Source: Parashewanella sp.
GTDB taxonomy: Bacteria > Pseudomonadota > Gammaproteobacteria > Enterobacterales > Shewanellaceae
DNA length: 64,000 nt
Direction: 5' to 3'
NCBI GenBank assembly: GCA_965200795.1
Contig: CBDAVB010000003.1
Coordinates: forward strand, 110,859 to 174,858
The translations under genes were made by a program, and so were the position numbers. This document shows positions 55,370 through 64,000 of the stretch, piece after piece; the stretch's first letter is position 1; each line of letters starts with the position of its first letter. The notes under the pieces were generated by a model that was given only the letters and a program-made list of their open reading frames with translations, did not search any database and was not told where the DNA came from.

Positions 55370-56905
55370 TTATTTATTAATATCGTTTTTTTTATTTTCT
55401 GAAGAAGCAGGACAAGTTGCGAGGTGCATAATTTCTCCTGTAATTGATTCTTCTTCAATATGAACATCAAAACACCACAACCTATGCAGGTGCTTAATGA
55501 CTTCTTTATAACTTTCATCCAGTGGTATTGAATTATGCGGAACGTGCCTGACCGTTAACGATCTATCTCCGTTAATATCTACGCTCTGAACTTGTATGTT
55601 CGGCTCATTATTTGACAAATTATACTGCTGGGATAACAGATATCTTATTTCCCTGAAACCTGTATCATTATGAATGGCTGAAATTGTGACATGATCTTTA
55701 TCCGCATCATTTACGACGCTGAATAATTTGAATTCACGTATTATCCTCGGTGATAAATATTGACTGATAAAGCTTTCATCTTTAAAGTTTTTCATGGCAA
55801 AATGTAAGGTTTCTAACCAATCACTACCGGCAACATCAGGGAACCAGGTTTTATCTTCCTCAGTCGGGTTCTCACACATACGCTTAATATCGCAAAACAT
55901 ATTAAAACCTAACGCATAGGGGTTAATACCGGTGTAATAAGGACTATCAAATGGCTGCTGTTTGACTACACCTGTGTGACTTTGCAGAAACTCAAGCATA
56001 AATCTGTCAGTTACAACGCCCTCATCGTAAAGGTGATTCAGAATGGTGTAATGCCAGAATGTGGCCCAACCTTCATTCATGACCTGGGTCTGCTTTTGAG
56101 GATAAAAGTATTGCGCTATCTTTCGTATGATTCTGACGATTTCTCTTTGCCAGCTTTCCAGAAGAGGGGCGTTTTTTTCAATAAAATAAAGGATATTTTC
56201 TTGCGGCTCCTCAGGAAAACATTTCTCCTGAACTTGACTGTGCTTTTTATTACTTTGCGGCAGAGTTCTCCATAAGTCGTTAACCTGGCTTTGCAGATAC
56301 TCTTCACGTTGCTTTTGTCTTGCCTGCTCTTGCTTGAATGATATTTCATTCGGGCGTTTATAGCGATCAACGCCAAAATTCATTAAGGCGTGACAAGAAT
56401 CCAGTAACTCTTCAACTTTCGCGGTGCCATGTTCTAATTCACATTTGAGAATATAGTTCTTTGCGAAAACTAAATAATCAATAATTGAGCCGGCGTCTGT
56501 CCATGTGTTAAATAAATAATTATTTTTGAAAAAGCTGTTGTGACCATAACAGGCATGAGCCATTACTAAGGCTTGCATTGTCACGGTATTTTCTTCCATC
56601 AAATAAGCAATACAAGGATCCGAGTTAATTACGATCTCATAGGCCAGCCCCATTTGCCCTCGTCTGTAGCTCTGCTCAGTTTGGATGAATTTTTTGCCAA
56701 AAGACCAATGCGTGTAACTTACAGGCATTCCTATAGCGGCATAAGCATCCATCATTTGCTCAGCTGTAATGATTTCGATCTGATTAGGGTAATAATCGAG
56801 CTGGTAGTGATCAGCAACTCGCTCTATTTCTTTTTGATACTTCTCTAAAAGTGCAAACGTCCACTCTGGTCCGTCACTTAGCGTCTCACGTTTTGATTTA
56901 GTCAC
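55370..56905 (-). CDS. ycgB: SpoVR-family protein
   Basis: 511 aa. It has typical SpoVR/YcgB blocks (YYPNQIEIITAEQM, HWSFGK, AYEIVINSDPCIAYLME.NT, MAHACYGHNSFFKNN) and is the last gene of the yeaG-yeaH-ycgB string. Confidence 0.88.
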   Translation of the reverse strand: MTKSKRETLSDGPEWTFALLEKYQKEIERVADHYQLDYYPNQIEIITAEQMMDAYAAIGMPVSYTHWSFGKKFIQTEQSYRRGQMGLAYEIVINSDPCIAYLMEENTVTMQALVMAHACYGHNSFFKNNYLFNTWTDAGSIIDYLVFAKNYILKCELEHGTAKVEELLDSCHALMNFGVDRYKRPNEISFKQEQARQKQREEYLQSQVNDLWRTLPQSNKKHSQVQEKCFPEEPQENILYFIEKNAPLLESWQREIVRIIRKIAQYFYPQKQTQVMNEGWATFWHYTILNHLYDEGVVTDRFMLEFLQSHTGVVKQQPFDSPYYTGINPYALGFNMFCDIKRMCENPTEEDKTWFPDVAGSDWLETLHFAMKNFKDESFISQYLSPRIIREFKLFSVVNDADKDHVTISAIHNDTGFREIRYLLSQQYNLSNNEPNIQVQSVDINGDRSLTVRHVPHNSIPLDESYKEVIKHLHRLWCFDVHIEEESITGEIMHLATCPASSENKKNDINK

Positions 56906-56914
56906 AAGATCACC

Positions 56915-58183
56915 TCAGGTCGTTTGTTTTTTAAACAGCTCGCGGAAAACCGGATAAATATCGTTTTGATTTTTAATGTGCTGCACCGCAATATTTCCAA
57001 AGTCTTTTTGAAGTTCCTGGTACTGTTTCCATAATGACTGATGCGCACGCTGTGTAATCTCTATATATGAATAATAACGAACAACGGGCAGAATTTTCTT
57101 TGACAGTAAATCGGCGCACTTGCCGCAGTCATCAGCCCAGTTATCGCCGTCGGAAGCTTGCGCCACATAAATGTTCCACTCATTTTCCGGATAGCGTTTT
57201 CGCTGTATCTCGTTCATCAGTCTCAGTGCGCTGGATACAATGGTTCCGCCCGTCTCCTGGGAGTAAAAGAACTCATGCTCGTCGACTTCTTTTGCCTGGG
57301 TATGATGGCGGATAAACACCACTTCCAGATTTTTATAGGTACGGGTTAAAAACAAATACAGCAAAATATAAAAACGCTTAGCAATATCCTTAGTCGCTTG
57401 ATCCATCGAACCTGATACATCCATTAAGCAAAACATCACGGCTTGTGAAGAAGGCACCTCGTGCCTCGCGAAATTGTTATAGCGCAAATCGAAAGTATCG
57501 ATAAAAGGTATTTTCTTAATCCGATATTCAAGTTCTGCGATTTGTGACTTTTTTGCTTCAATCAGATCCGCGTCTGAACCCGGAACATCGAGCAGTTCCT
57601 GAAGCTCTGATTTTAGTTTTGCCAGCTGTTTTCTTTTTGCGGCTGTTAACGCGATTCTGCGTGCCAGGGACGTGCGAAGTGAGCGAACGATATTGATGTT
57701 TGCGGGCACGCCGTCATTAGTAAAACCCGCGCGATGAATTTGGTGGTTGACAATTTTGCTTAATTGTGTTTTTTGCAAGTTCGGGAGCGCTAAATCCTCA
57801 AACAGCAATTCTAAATATTCATCTTTTGATATTTGAAATACAAAATCATCCTTGCCTTCACCTGAGTCAGAAGCATCGCCGTTTCCTGAACCTGAACCCT
57901 CATTTCCCCGGGGTTTAGGTATTTTATCACCTTCAACGAATTCTTTATTCCCCGGGTGAATTTGTTTTTTTATACCACCTTTGCCTTGATGAAAAATAGG
58001 CTCAGATATATCCTTAGTCGGAATACTGATATTCTCGCCTTTATCAATGTCTGTCACACCTCTTTGCGTAACCGCGTCACTCACAGACTTCTTGATTTGC
58101 TGCTTGTAACGCTCAATGAATCTTTGGCGATTGACTGTACTCTTTCCCTTGGCATTAAGTCTGCGGTCTATGAAATTAGCCAT
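56915..58183 (-). CDS. yeaH: YeaH (DUF444) family protein
   Basis: 422 aa. It begins [20 protein letters not shown] and has a vWA-like C-terminal half ([11 protein letters not shown]). It sits between yeaG and ycgB. Confidence 0.88.
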   Translation of the reverse strand: MANFIDRRLNAKGKSTVNRQRFIERYKQQIKKSVSDAVTQRGVTDIDKGENISIPTKDISEPIFHQGKGGIKKQIHPGNKEFVEGDKIPKPRGNEGSGSGNGDASDSGEGKDDFVFQISKDEYLELLFEDLALPNLQKTQLSKIVNHQIHRAGFTNDGVPANINIVRSLRTSLARRIALTAAKRKQLAKLKSELQELLDVPGSDADLIEAKKSQIAELEYRIKKIPFIDTFDLRYNNFARHEVPSSQAVMFCLMDVSGSMDQATKDIAKRFYILLYLFLTRTYKNLEVVFIRHHTQAKEVDEHEFFYSQETGGTIVSSALRLMNEIQRKRYPENEWNIYVAQASDGDNWADDCGKCADLLSKKILPVVRYYSYIEITQRAHQSLWKQYQELQKDFGNIAVQHIKNQNDIYPVFRELFKKQTT

Positions 58184-58245
58184 AAGCTCTCCGAGATAAA
58201 GCTGGAGTGAATGTTATTCACTCCTTTGAGTAGTGAGTCTTAAAT

Positions 58246-60180
58246 TCAGGAAGATTTTCTGACTCTTAAATACCACTCTGAAAGCAGTCTGACTTGCTTT
58301 TGGGTGTATCCTTTGTCCATCATTCGATTAACAAAATCATCGTGTTTCTTTTGATCATCGGAGGAGGTTTTGGCATTAAATGAAATCACCGGCAGTAAAT
58401 CCTCAGTATTAGAGAACATTTTCTTCTCAATTACTGTTCTCAGTTTTTCATAACTTGTCCAGGAAGGGTTATTACCTCCGTGATTGGCTCTGGCACGAAG
58501 CACAAAGTTAACTATTTCGTTACGGAAATCTTTTGGATTACTGATACCCGCCGGTTTTTCTATTTTTTCCAGCTCAGTATTTAATGCCGTTCTGTCAAAT
58601 AACTGGCCTGTTTCCGGATCGCGATATTCCTGATCCTGAATCCAGAAATCCGCGTAAGTAACATACCGGTCAAATATGTTCTGACCGTATTCAGAATAAG
58701 ACTCAAGGTAGGCGGTTTGGATTTCTTTACCGATAAACTCAACGTATTTCGGAATTAAGTACCCTTTCAGGAATTCCAGGTAGCGCTCGCCGACTTCATT
58801 CGGAAACTGTTCTTGTTCGATTTGTTTTTCAAGCACATAGAATAAGTGAACAGGGTTAGCGGCCACCTCAGAGTTATCGAAGTTGAACACTTTTGACAGA
58901 ATCTTAAATGCGAAACGAGTGGATAAACCTGTCATTCCCTCGTCTACGCCAGCGAAATCCCGGTACTCCTGATAAGACTTAGCTTTAGGATCGGTATCTT
59001 TCAAACTTTCGCCGTTGTAAACCCGCATTTTTGAATAAATGGACGAGTTATCAGGCACCTTGATCCTTGATAGCACGGTAAATTTGGCGAGAATATCAAG
59101 GGTTGAAGGGGCGCAAGGAGCGTCAGAAAGCTCAGAATTGCTTATGAGTTTATTGTAGATTTTGATTTCTTCTGAGATACGCAAGCAATAAGGCACTTTA
59201 ACGATATAAACCCGGTCTAAAAACGCCTCATTATTTTTATTATTTTTAAAGCTGGCCCACTCAGATTCATTGGAGTGAGCCAGAATTATCCCGTTATACG
59301 GCAGAGCGGAAAGACCTTCGGTACCATTGTAATTTCCCTCCTGGGTGGCTGTAAGTAACGGATGAAGCACTTTTATCGGCGCTTTAAACATTTCCACAAA
59401 TTCCATGACTCCCTGGTTAGCACGACAAAGCGCGCCGGAGTAGGCGTAGGCGTCCGCGTCATGCTGAGAAAAATGCTCTAATTGTCTGATATCGACTTTA
59501 CCTACTAATGATGAAATGTCCTGGTTATTCTCATCACCCGGCTCAGTCTTGGCGATACCGATTTGGTCAAGTATCGACGGGTAAACCTTGACTACTTTGA
59601 ATTTAGAGATATCACCGCCAAATTCATGCAAACGTTTTACCGCCCAAGGTGACATGATGTCTTTAAGGTAACGCTGAGGAATCCCGTATTCCTCGCTGAG
59701 GATTTTTCCGTCATCATCAGTATTAAAGAGACAAAACGGATGGTCATTCACGGGGCTGCGAACGCCGTTTGCACTCAGCACATAGATAGGACGTTCTTGC
59801 GTCAATGCCTTTAATTTTTCGGCAAGTGACGATTTACCGCCGCCTACAGGCCCTAGCAGATAGAGAATTTGCTTGGATTCCTCTAAACCTTGGGCGGAGT
59901 GTTTTAAATACGATACGATTTGTTCTATGGCTTCTTCCATACCATAGAATTCGGAAAAAGCCGGGTAACGGTTGATTCTGCGGTTGGAGAATATTCGGCT
60001 CAGTACAGGATCTTTAGAGGTATCGACCACCTCCGGCTCACCAATAGCCATCAGCAATCGTTCTGATGCCGTTGCGTAGGCGCCTTTATCTTCTTTACAA
60101 ATGTCTAAAAAGTTTTCCAGAGAATATTCTTCATCTAGTTTACATTCATAACGTGACTGATAATGTTCAAAAATACCCAT
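58246..60180 (-). CDS. yeaG: PrkA-family serine protein kinase YeaG
   Basis: 644 aa, near-colinear with E. coli YeaG (ERLLMAIGEP, YPAFSEFYGMEEAIEQIVSYLKHSAQGLEE, ILYLLGPVGGGKSSLAEKLK). Confidence 0.94.
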   Translation of the reverse strand: MGIFEHYQSRYECKLDEEYSLENFLDICKEDKGAYATASERLLMAIGEPEVVDTSKDPVLSRIFSNRRINRYPAFSEFYGMEEAIEQIVSYLKHSAQGLEESKQILYLLGPVGGGKSSLAEKLKALTQERPIYVLSANGVRSPVNDHPFCLFNTDDDGKILSEEYGIPQRYLKDIMSPWAVKRLHEFGGDISKFKVVKVYPSILDQIGIAKTEPGDENNQDISSLVGKVDIRQLEHFSQHDADAYAYSGALCRANQGVMEFVEMFKAPIKVLHPLLTATQEGNYNGTEGLSALPYNGIILAHSNESEWASFKNNKNNEAFLDRVYIVKVPYCLRISEEIKIYNKLISNSELSDAPCAPSTLDILAKFTVLSRIKVPDNSSIYSKMRVYNGESLKDTDPKAKSYQEYRDFAGVDEGMTGLSTRFAFKILSKVFNFDNSEVAANPVHLFYVLEKQIEQEQFPNEVGERYLEFLKGYLIPKYVEFIGKEIQTAYLESYSEYGQNIFDRYVTYADFWIQDQEYRDPETGQLFDRTALNTELEKIEKPAGISNPKDFRNEIVNFVLRARANHGGNNPSWTSYEKLRTVIEKKMFSNTEDLLPVISFNAKTSSDDQKKHDDFVNRMMDKGYTQKQVRLLSEWYLRVRKSS

Positions 60181-60608
60181 TGTACCCCCTTAAGGTCATC
60201 AAAGATGACAAAATCATTCCCTTACAAATTAAAGTCTAGACACAAAACCGCACCTCGCCATAAAAAAGTGAATAAAAACAATAAGGAATAGTTGCAAATG
60301 CAAATGTTTCATTGTGAATGTTTCTACAATGTGACAAGTCGTTTGGTACTGGACATGGTTAAATTAATGATTATTCATTATAGCCGGAAAAAGTCTTTCA
60401 GATATTGTTTTTAATGCTTAAATAGATAAAATCTGACACTATAAAATTAACAAAAATTTAACTAATATATGAGTACTTTCGATAGAGTACTGATAATATG
60501 TAAACAAAAAATGTCTGGTAAGTTAACAATTGATGAACATTCTTTATTTCGACCGTCGCTAAGTGCCACTCCAGTACTCTGGGGCGGCATTTTCAAAATT
60601 TAAACTTA

Positions 60609-60630
60609 CAAGTTATTTCGGGGCAGTTCT
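60609..60630. repeat. solo MITE terminal repeat
   Basis: CAAGTTATTTCGGGGCAGTTCT matches the right-hand TIR of the MITE family (GGAAGTTATTTCGGGACAG). No partner end was found nearby. Confidence 0.45.
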
Positions 60631-60658
60631 TCCTTGCCCATTTTCAGGAAATTGCGGG

Positions 60659-60883
60659 TTAATGCGGACTTTCCTGCCATTCAATGCGTTCGGCCAATTG
60701 CTCAAGGTGTGACCGGTGCTCTTGATATTCGATCTCCCGGCATTTGGTATGTACCTTGCGGCTGTCAAATATCGTAGCGGCATTCATACTTTCTTTAAAC
60801 AAAATTTCGTATCGATTTCTAAGTCGGGGCTCAAGGAAGCAAGATAAGTTATTTTCAGAAAATATGTCCGTTTTTATCAGCAA
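60659..60883 (-). CDS. hypothetical small protein (74 aa)
   Basis: An ORF only, in an AT-rich 1-kb intergenic region next to the solo MITE end. No family and no clear SD. Confidence 0.25.
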   Translation of the reverse strand: MLIKTDIFSENNLSCFLEPRLRNRYEILFKESMNAATIFDSRKVHTKCREIEYQEHRSHLEQLAERIEWQESPH

Positions 60884-61113
60884 TAATCATAGTGAGCCGC
60901 TGATCTGATCATCACTTTTCAAAAAAGTTCCGCAGAAATTATGAAAAGTGCTGAGCGGTTAAATTATGTCCGCACTGTGCGGATATCTAGCCTTAAATAT
61001 AAAAGTAGTAGTTTAAATTTTCATTGCGTAAAAAAAGTTACTAAAAAATCTTTATAGTTAAATTTAATGAGTATTAAAGAATTCTGATAACATCTTTTTA
61101 TATTAAATAATCC

Positions 61114-61142
61114 CTGTAATACAACTGTAATCTTTTAGTCAT
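61114..61142 (+). promoter_or_regulatory. candidate Pho box (PhoB binding site) upstream of pstC
   Basis: CTGTAAT-ACAA-CTGTAAT (61114-61131) is two 7-bp direct repeats with an 11-bp period, matching the consensus CTGTCAT-N4-CTGTCAT. A third phased, weaker repeat TAGTCAT sits at 61136-61142. The site lies about 80-110 bp upstream of the pstC ATG. Confidence 0.55.
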
Positions 61143-61221
61143 AAACTTCTGGACGTCAGAAAAGGCCAGTGTTTTCAGTTACCGCGGAAGAAAACACGAT
61201 AATAAAAAACAGAGGTTTTTA

Positions 61222-63486
61222 ATGGAAAGTCAGGTCCAGCAGCCTGGAAACAATTCACAGTCGCTACTCACAAACAGCGGAACAACACGCAGAGCCATCA
61301 AAGATAAGGCTACCCGCATCGGAGTCTCTATCGGTGGCACCATGGTTTTTGTTGCGCTGTTACTCATTTTTTTCTATCTGTTGTATGTCATCAAGCCCGT
61401 TTTCGACGGTGCGAGTATCAAACAGTCAACGGTAATTACCGAGCAAAACATTAATCATAATGATTCTGCCTTGATGGTGGGAAGTGATGAGCAAAATCAA
61501 GTTTTATACCGGGTTTCTGAATCTGGTTATGTTCAGTTTTATGATGTCAGGACTGGTAATTTGATTTCTAGCTTTAGCCCGAACATTCCTGATGGGGCGG
61601 AGGTTGTCAGCAGTTCTGCATCAATGCCGAGTGAACAGATGTTCGCATTAGGTTTAAGTAACGGGCAAGCCTTGGTTATGGCGATTGAATTTGGCGTTTC
61701 TTATCCGGATAATGTGCGTACCATTACTCCGGAAGTTGCTTATCCGGCGGGCGAAACTCCCATTGATGTTGACCCGAACGGTTCCGCGCTTAAGCATCTA
61801 GCCTTTGCTTTCAATGATGAGAAAATGTCATTTGCCTATTTAACTTCAGCTGATCAATGGCGTATCGAACGCTTAGAAGGCGAAGAAAATATGATGACTG
61901 AAAAGATTGAATGGCAAAGTGAAGGGGCTATTATCGAGGATGCTCCCGTTAATGTCGCTAAAGTTTTACTCACTCCGGATCAGCGTCAGTTAATGCTCAA
62001 ATCTACGGACAAAATTTTTATTTACGACATCAATTACCTTGACGAGTTAAGCTTGCTTCAGGTGCTTAACCTGGAAATTAATGACGCGAAAGTATCTGAT
62101 GTTGAGTTACTTGCTGGCGCAAGCTCGTTAATTGTTACATACGACAACGGTGTTATTAGCCAATATTTTCAGGTGAACAGCGCTAAGGGACGTTTATATC
62201 AGTTGATTCGCGGCTTTGATAATGTTCCGCCCGTTAAGGCAATGGCTACTGAGTTTTACCGGAAAAGTTTTGTTGTTGTAGGCCCTGAAGGTCAGCTTAC
62301 CTTGTTATATACAACAAGTAACAGAGAGCTTCTTAGTAAGAAGTTTGATATTCCGCGCCCGCAATCTCTTGGTTTTAACCCTCGCTCCAACGGTCTGGTT
62401 GTTGAGTCCAATAATAAGCTTCATTTATTCGCGGTCGATAATCCGCATCCTGAGGTTTCATGGAGTGCGTTATGGGAAAAAGTTTGGTATGAAGGCTACC
62501 CTGAGCCTGAATATGTTTGGCAGTCTACTTCCGGTTCAGATGATTTCGAGGCGAAACTGAGCCTGATGCCGCTGGCATTCGGTACCATGAAAGCGGCGTT
62601 TTACGCCATGTTATTCGCGGTGCCTTTAGCCATTGCCGGAGCGATTTATACCGCTTACTTTATGTCGTCACAGGTCAGAGGTTTTATTAAACCGACCATC
62701 GAAATCATGGAAGCGTTACCCACGGTTATTTTGGGGTTCTTAGCGGGTTTATGGTTAGCGCCGCTGATCGAAGAGAACTTACCGGGCATCGTTATTTTGC
62801 TGATATTACTGCCGGTATCAATTTTGTTATCCGCGTTTACCTGGAGCAAATTACCGCTTAACTGGAAGCAGCGCCTGCCCGAAATGTACCAGGAGCTGAT
62901 GCTGATCCCGGTGATCTGTTTCGTGGGCTGGTTATCTCTCGCATTAAGCCCGACCTTTGAAGCGGTCTTCTTCGGCGGTGATACCCGTGCTTTTATCACC
63001 AATGAACTTGGTATTACGTTTGACCAGCGTAACGCATTGGTTGTTGGCATAGCCATGGGTTTCGCGGTGATTCCAACCATTTTTTCGATTGCTGAGGACG
63101 CCATCTTCTCAGTGCCACGTCATTTATCTAACGGCAGCTTAGCGTTGGGAGCGACCCAATGGCAGACCCTGACAAGAGTGGTTCTGCTAACGGCGAGCCC
63201 GGGAATTTTCTCGGCGGTGATGATGGGCTTAGGCCGCGCGGTCGGTGAGACCATGATTGTTCTGATGGCGACAGGTAACACCGCGATTATGGAATGGAGT
63301 GTGTTCCAGGGAATGCGTACTCTGGCGGCGAACATTGCGGTAGAAATGCCTGAATCCGCGATTGGCAGCTCGCATTACCGGGTGCTGTTCCTGGCGGCAT
63401 TTGTGTTGTTTGTGTTTACTTTCTTCTTTAACACCATCGCTGAAGTCGTCAGACAAAGACTGCGTGAAAAATATAGCTCACTATAA
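61222..63486 (+). CDS. pstC: phosphate ABC transporter permease PstC, long form with a large N-terminal extracytoplasmic domain
   Basis: 754 aa. The first roughly 450 aa follow one TM segment and are soluble-like. The C-terminal roughly 300 aa carry the ABC permease core with the EAA-type region SLALGATQWQTL. Confidence 0.85.
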   Translation: MESQVQQPGNNSQSLLTNSGTTRRAIKDKATRIGVSIGGTMVFVALLLIFFYLLYVIKPVFDGASIKQSTVITEQNINHNDSALMVGSDEQNQVLYRVSESGYVQFYDVRTGNLISSFSPNIPDGAEVVSSSASMPSEQMFALGLSNGQALVMAIEFGVSYPDNVRTITPEVAYPAGETPIDVDPNGSALKHLAFAFNDEKMSFAYLTSADQWRIERLEGEENMMTEKIEWQSEGAIIEDAPVNVAKVLLTPDQRQLMLKSTDKIFIYDINYLDELSLLQVLNLEINDAKVSDVELLAGASSLIVTYDNGVISQYFQVNSAKGRLYQLIRGFDNVPPVKAMATEFYRKSFVVVGPEGQLTLLYTTSNRELLSKKFDIPRPQSLGFNPRSNGLVVESNNKLHLFAVDNPHPEVSWSALWEKVWYEGYPEPEYVWQSTSGSDDFEAKLSLMPLAFGTMKAAFYAMLFAVPLAIAGAIYTAYFMSSQVRGFIKPTIEIMEALPTVILGFLAGLWLAPLIEENLPGIVILLILLPVSILLSAFTWSKLPLNWKQRLPEMYQELMLIPVICFVGWLSLALSPTFEAVFFGGDTRAFITNELGITFDQRNALVVGIAMGFAVIPTIFSIAEDAIFSVPRHLSNGSLALGATQWQTLTRVVLLTASPGIFSAVMMGLGRAVGETMIVLMATGNTAIMEWSVFQGMRTLAANIAVEMPESAIGSSHYRVLFLAAFVLFVFTFFFNTIAEVVRQRLREKYSSL

Positions 63487-63554
63487 GAATTCCAAGGATC
63501 AGAAGATGATTTATCTATCAATAACTTTAAATCAGAGCTTAAGAGGTTCACGAA

Positions 63555-64000
63555 ATGGGTAAGTGGTTTAAGTCCGGCTCGCCGTGGATCTGGATGACAG
63601 GTGGCGCGGTGAGTCTAAGTTTGATTGCCGTATTAGGTTTACTCTTGCTTATCGCGTGGCGGGGGCTGAGTTACTTCTGGCCTTCTGATATTTATCAGTG
63701 GCAATTGAAAGATCAACACGGCAAAGCATCGACCTTAATCGGTGAGATTTATGATCGTGAAGAAGTGCCGGCTGAACGCCTGGAGTCGGCAGGCCATAAA
63801 TTCGCAAACCATCCGGGAGAGACGGTTACGCGTTATTTAATTAAAACCGGTAACCGTGAGCGTGTCAGTCTGGATTTCCGCTGGATTCTCGCGACTGATA
63901 TTCAAAGCCGCTCCGCGCCCGAAGGCATTGCTAAATTTGAGCGCAGCAAAAACGGTAATTTTTATGGTTATCCTAAAGCTGTCATCGTTGACGGTAAAAA
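63555..64000 (+). CDS. pstA: phosphate ABC transporter permease PstA, long form (5' part; runs off the right edge)
   Basis: The ATG at 63555 opens MGKWFKSGSPWIWMTGGAVSLSLIAVLGLLLLIAWRGLSYFWP..., and the frame is open to the end of the window. It is not in the track because it has no stop. It follows pstC directly. Confidence 0.8.
   Translation, partial: MGKWFKSGSPWIWMTGGAVSLSLIAVLGLLLLIAWRGLSYFWPSDIYQWQLKDQHGKASTLIGEIYDREEVPAERLESAGHKFANHPGETVTRYLIKTGNRERVSLDFRWILATDIQSRSAPEGIAKFERSKNGNFYGYPKAVIVDGK

Overview
Chromosomal window from a gammaproteobacterium. The conserved backbone is cmoB-cmoA, a GGDEF sensor, aspS-yebC-ruvCAB, letA/letB, purB-hflD-mnmA-nudJ-rluE, icd, cspD, clpS-clpA, infA, bpt-aat, ybgI, minCDE, ycgL, an MltB-like gene, ycgN, dsbB, nhaB, fadR, the ycgB-yeaH-yeaG operon and pstC-pstA. 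FadR is the short 239-aa form, so I do not assign a genus. No rRNA, tRNA or CRISPR array was recognised.

The backbone is heavily colonised by mobile DNA:
- an ISAzo13/IS630-like element;
- an ISL3 element that itself carries a nested IS256-family element;
- a second, identical IS256 copy in inverted orientation 11.3 kb away;
- an IS4-family element abutting that second copy;
- a roughly 160-200 bp MITE-like repeat family, with three clear copies, one variant and one solo end.

Boundaries and target-site duplications of the IS elements could be read directly from the sequence.

The left 9 kb is a visibly AT-richer accessory patch. It holds orphan genes with strong Shine-Dalgarno sites, gene remnants, one IS and three MITE copies. 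Among the orphans are a compact YopT/AvrPphB-like cysteine protease candidate and a repeat-containing coiled-coil protein. The patch also carries a decayed class-3-lipase-like gene. An intact paralogue of that lipase is wedged between letA and purB.

I did not find a convincing new multi-gene system. The best candidates for follow-up are the putative effector patch, the lipase paralogues, the MITE family and two apparent pseudo-enzymes (an M3 peptidase-like protein without HExxH, and an MltB-like protein without the catalytic Glu). All product calls rest on motif recognition from memory, not on searches.
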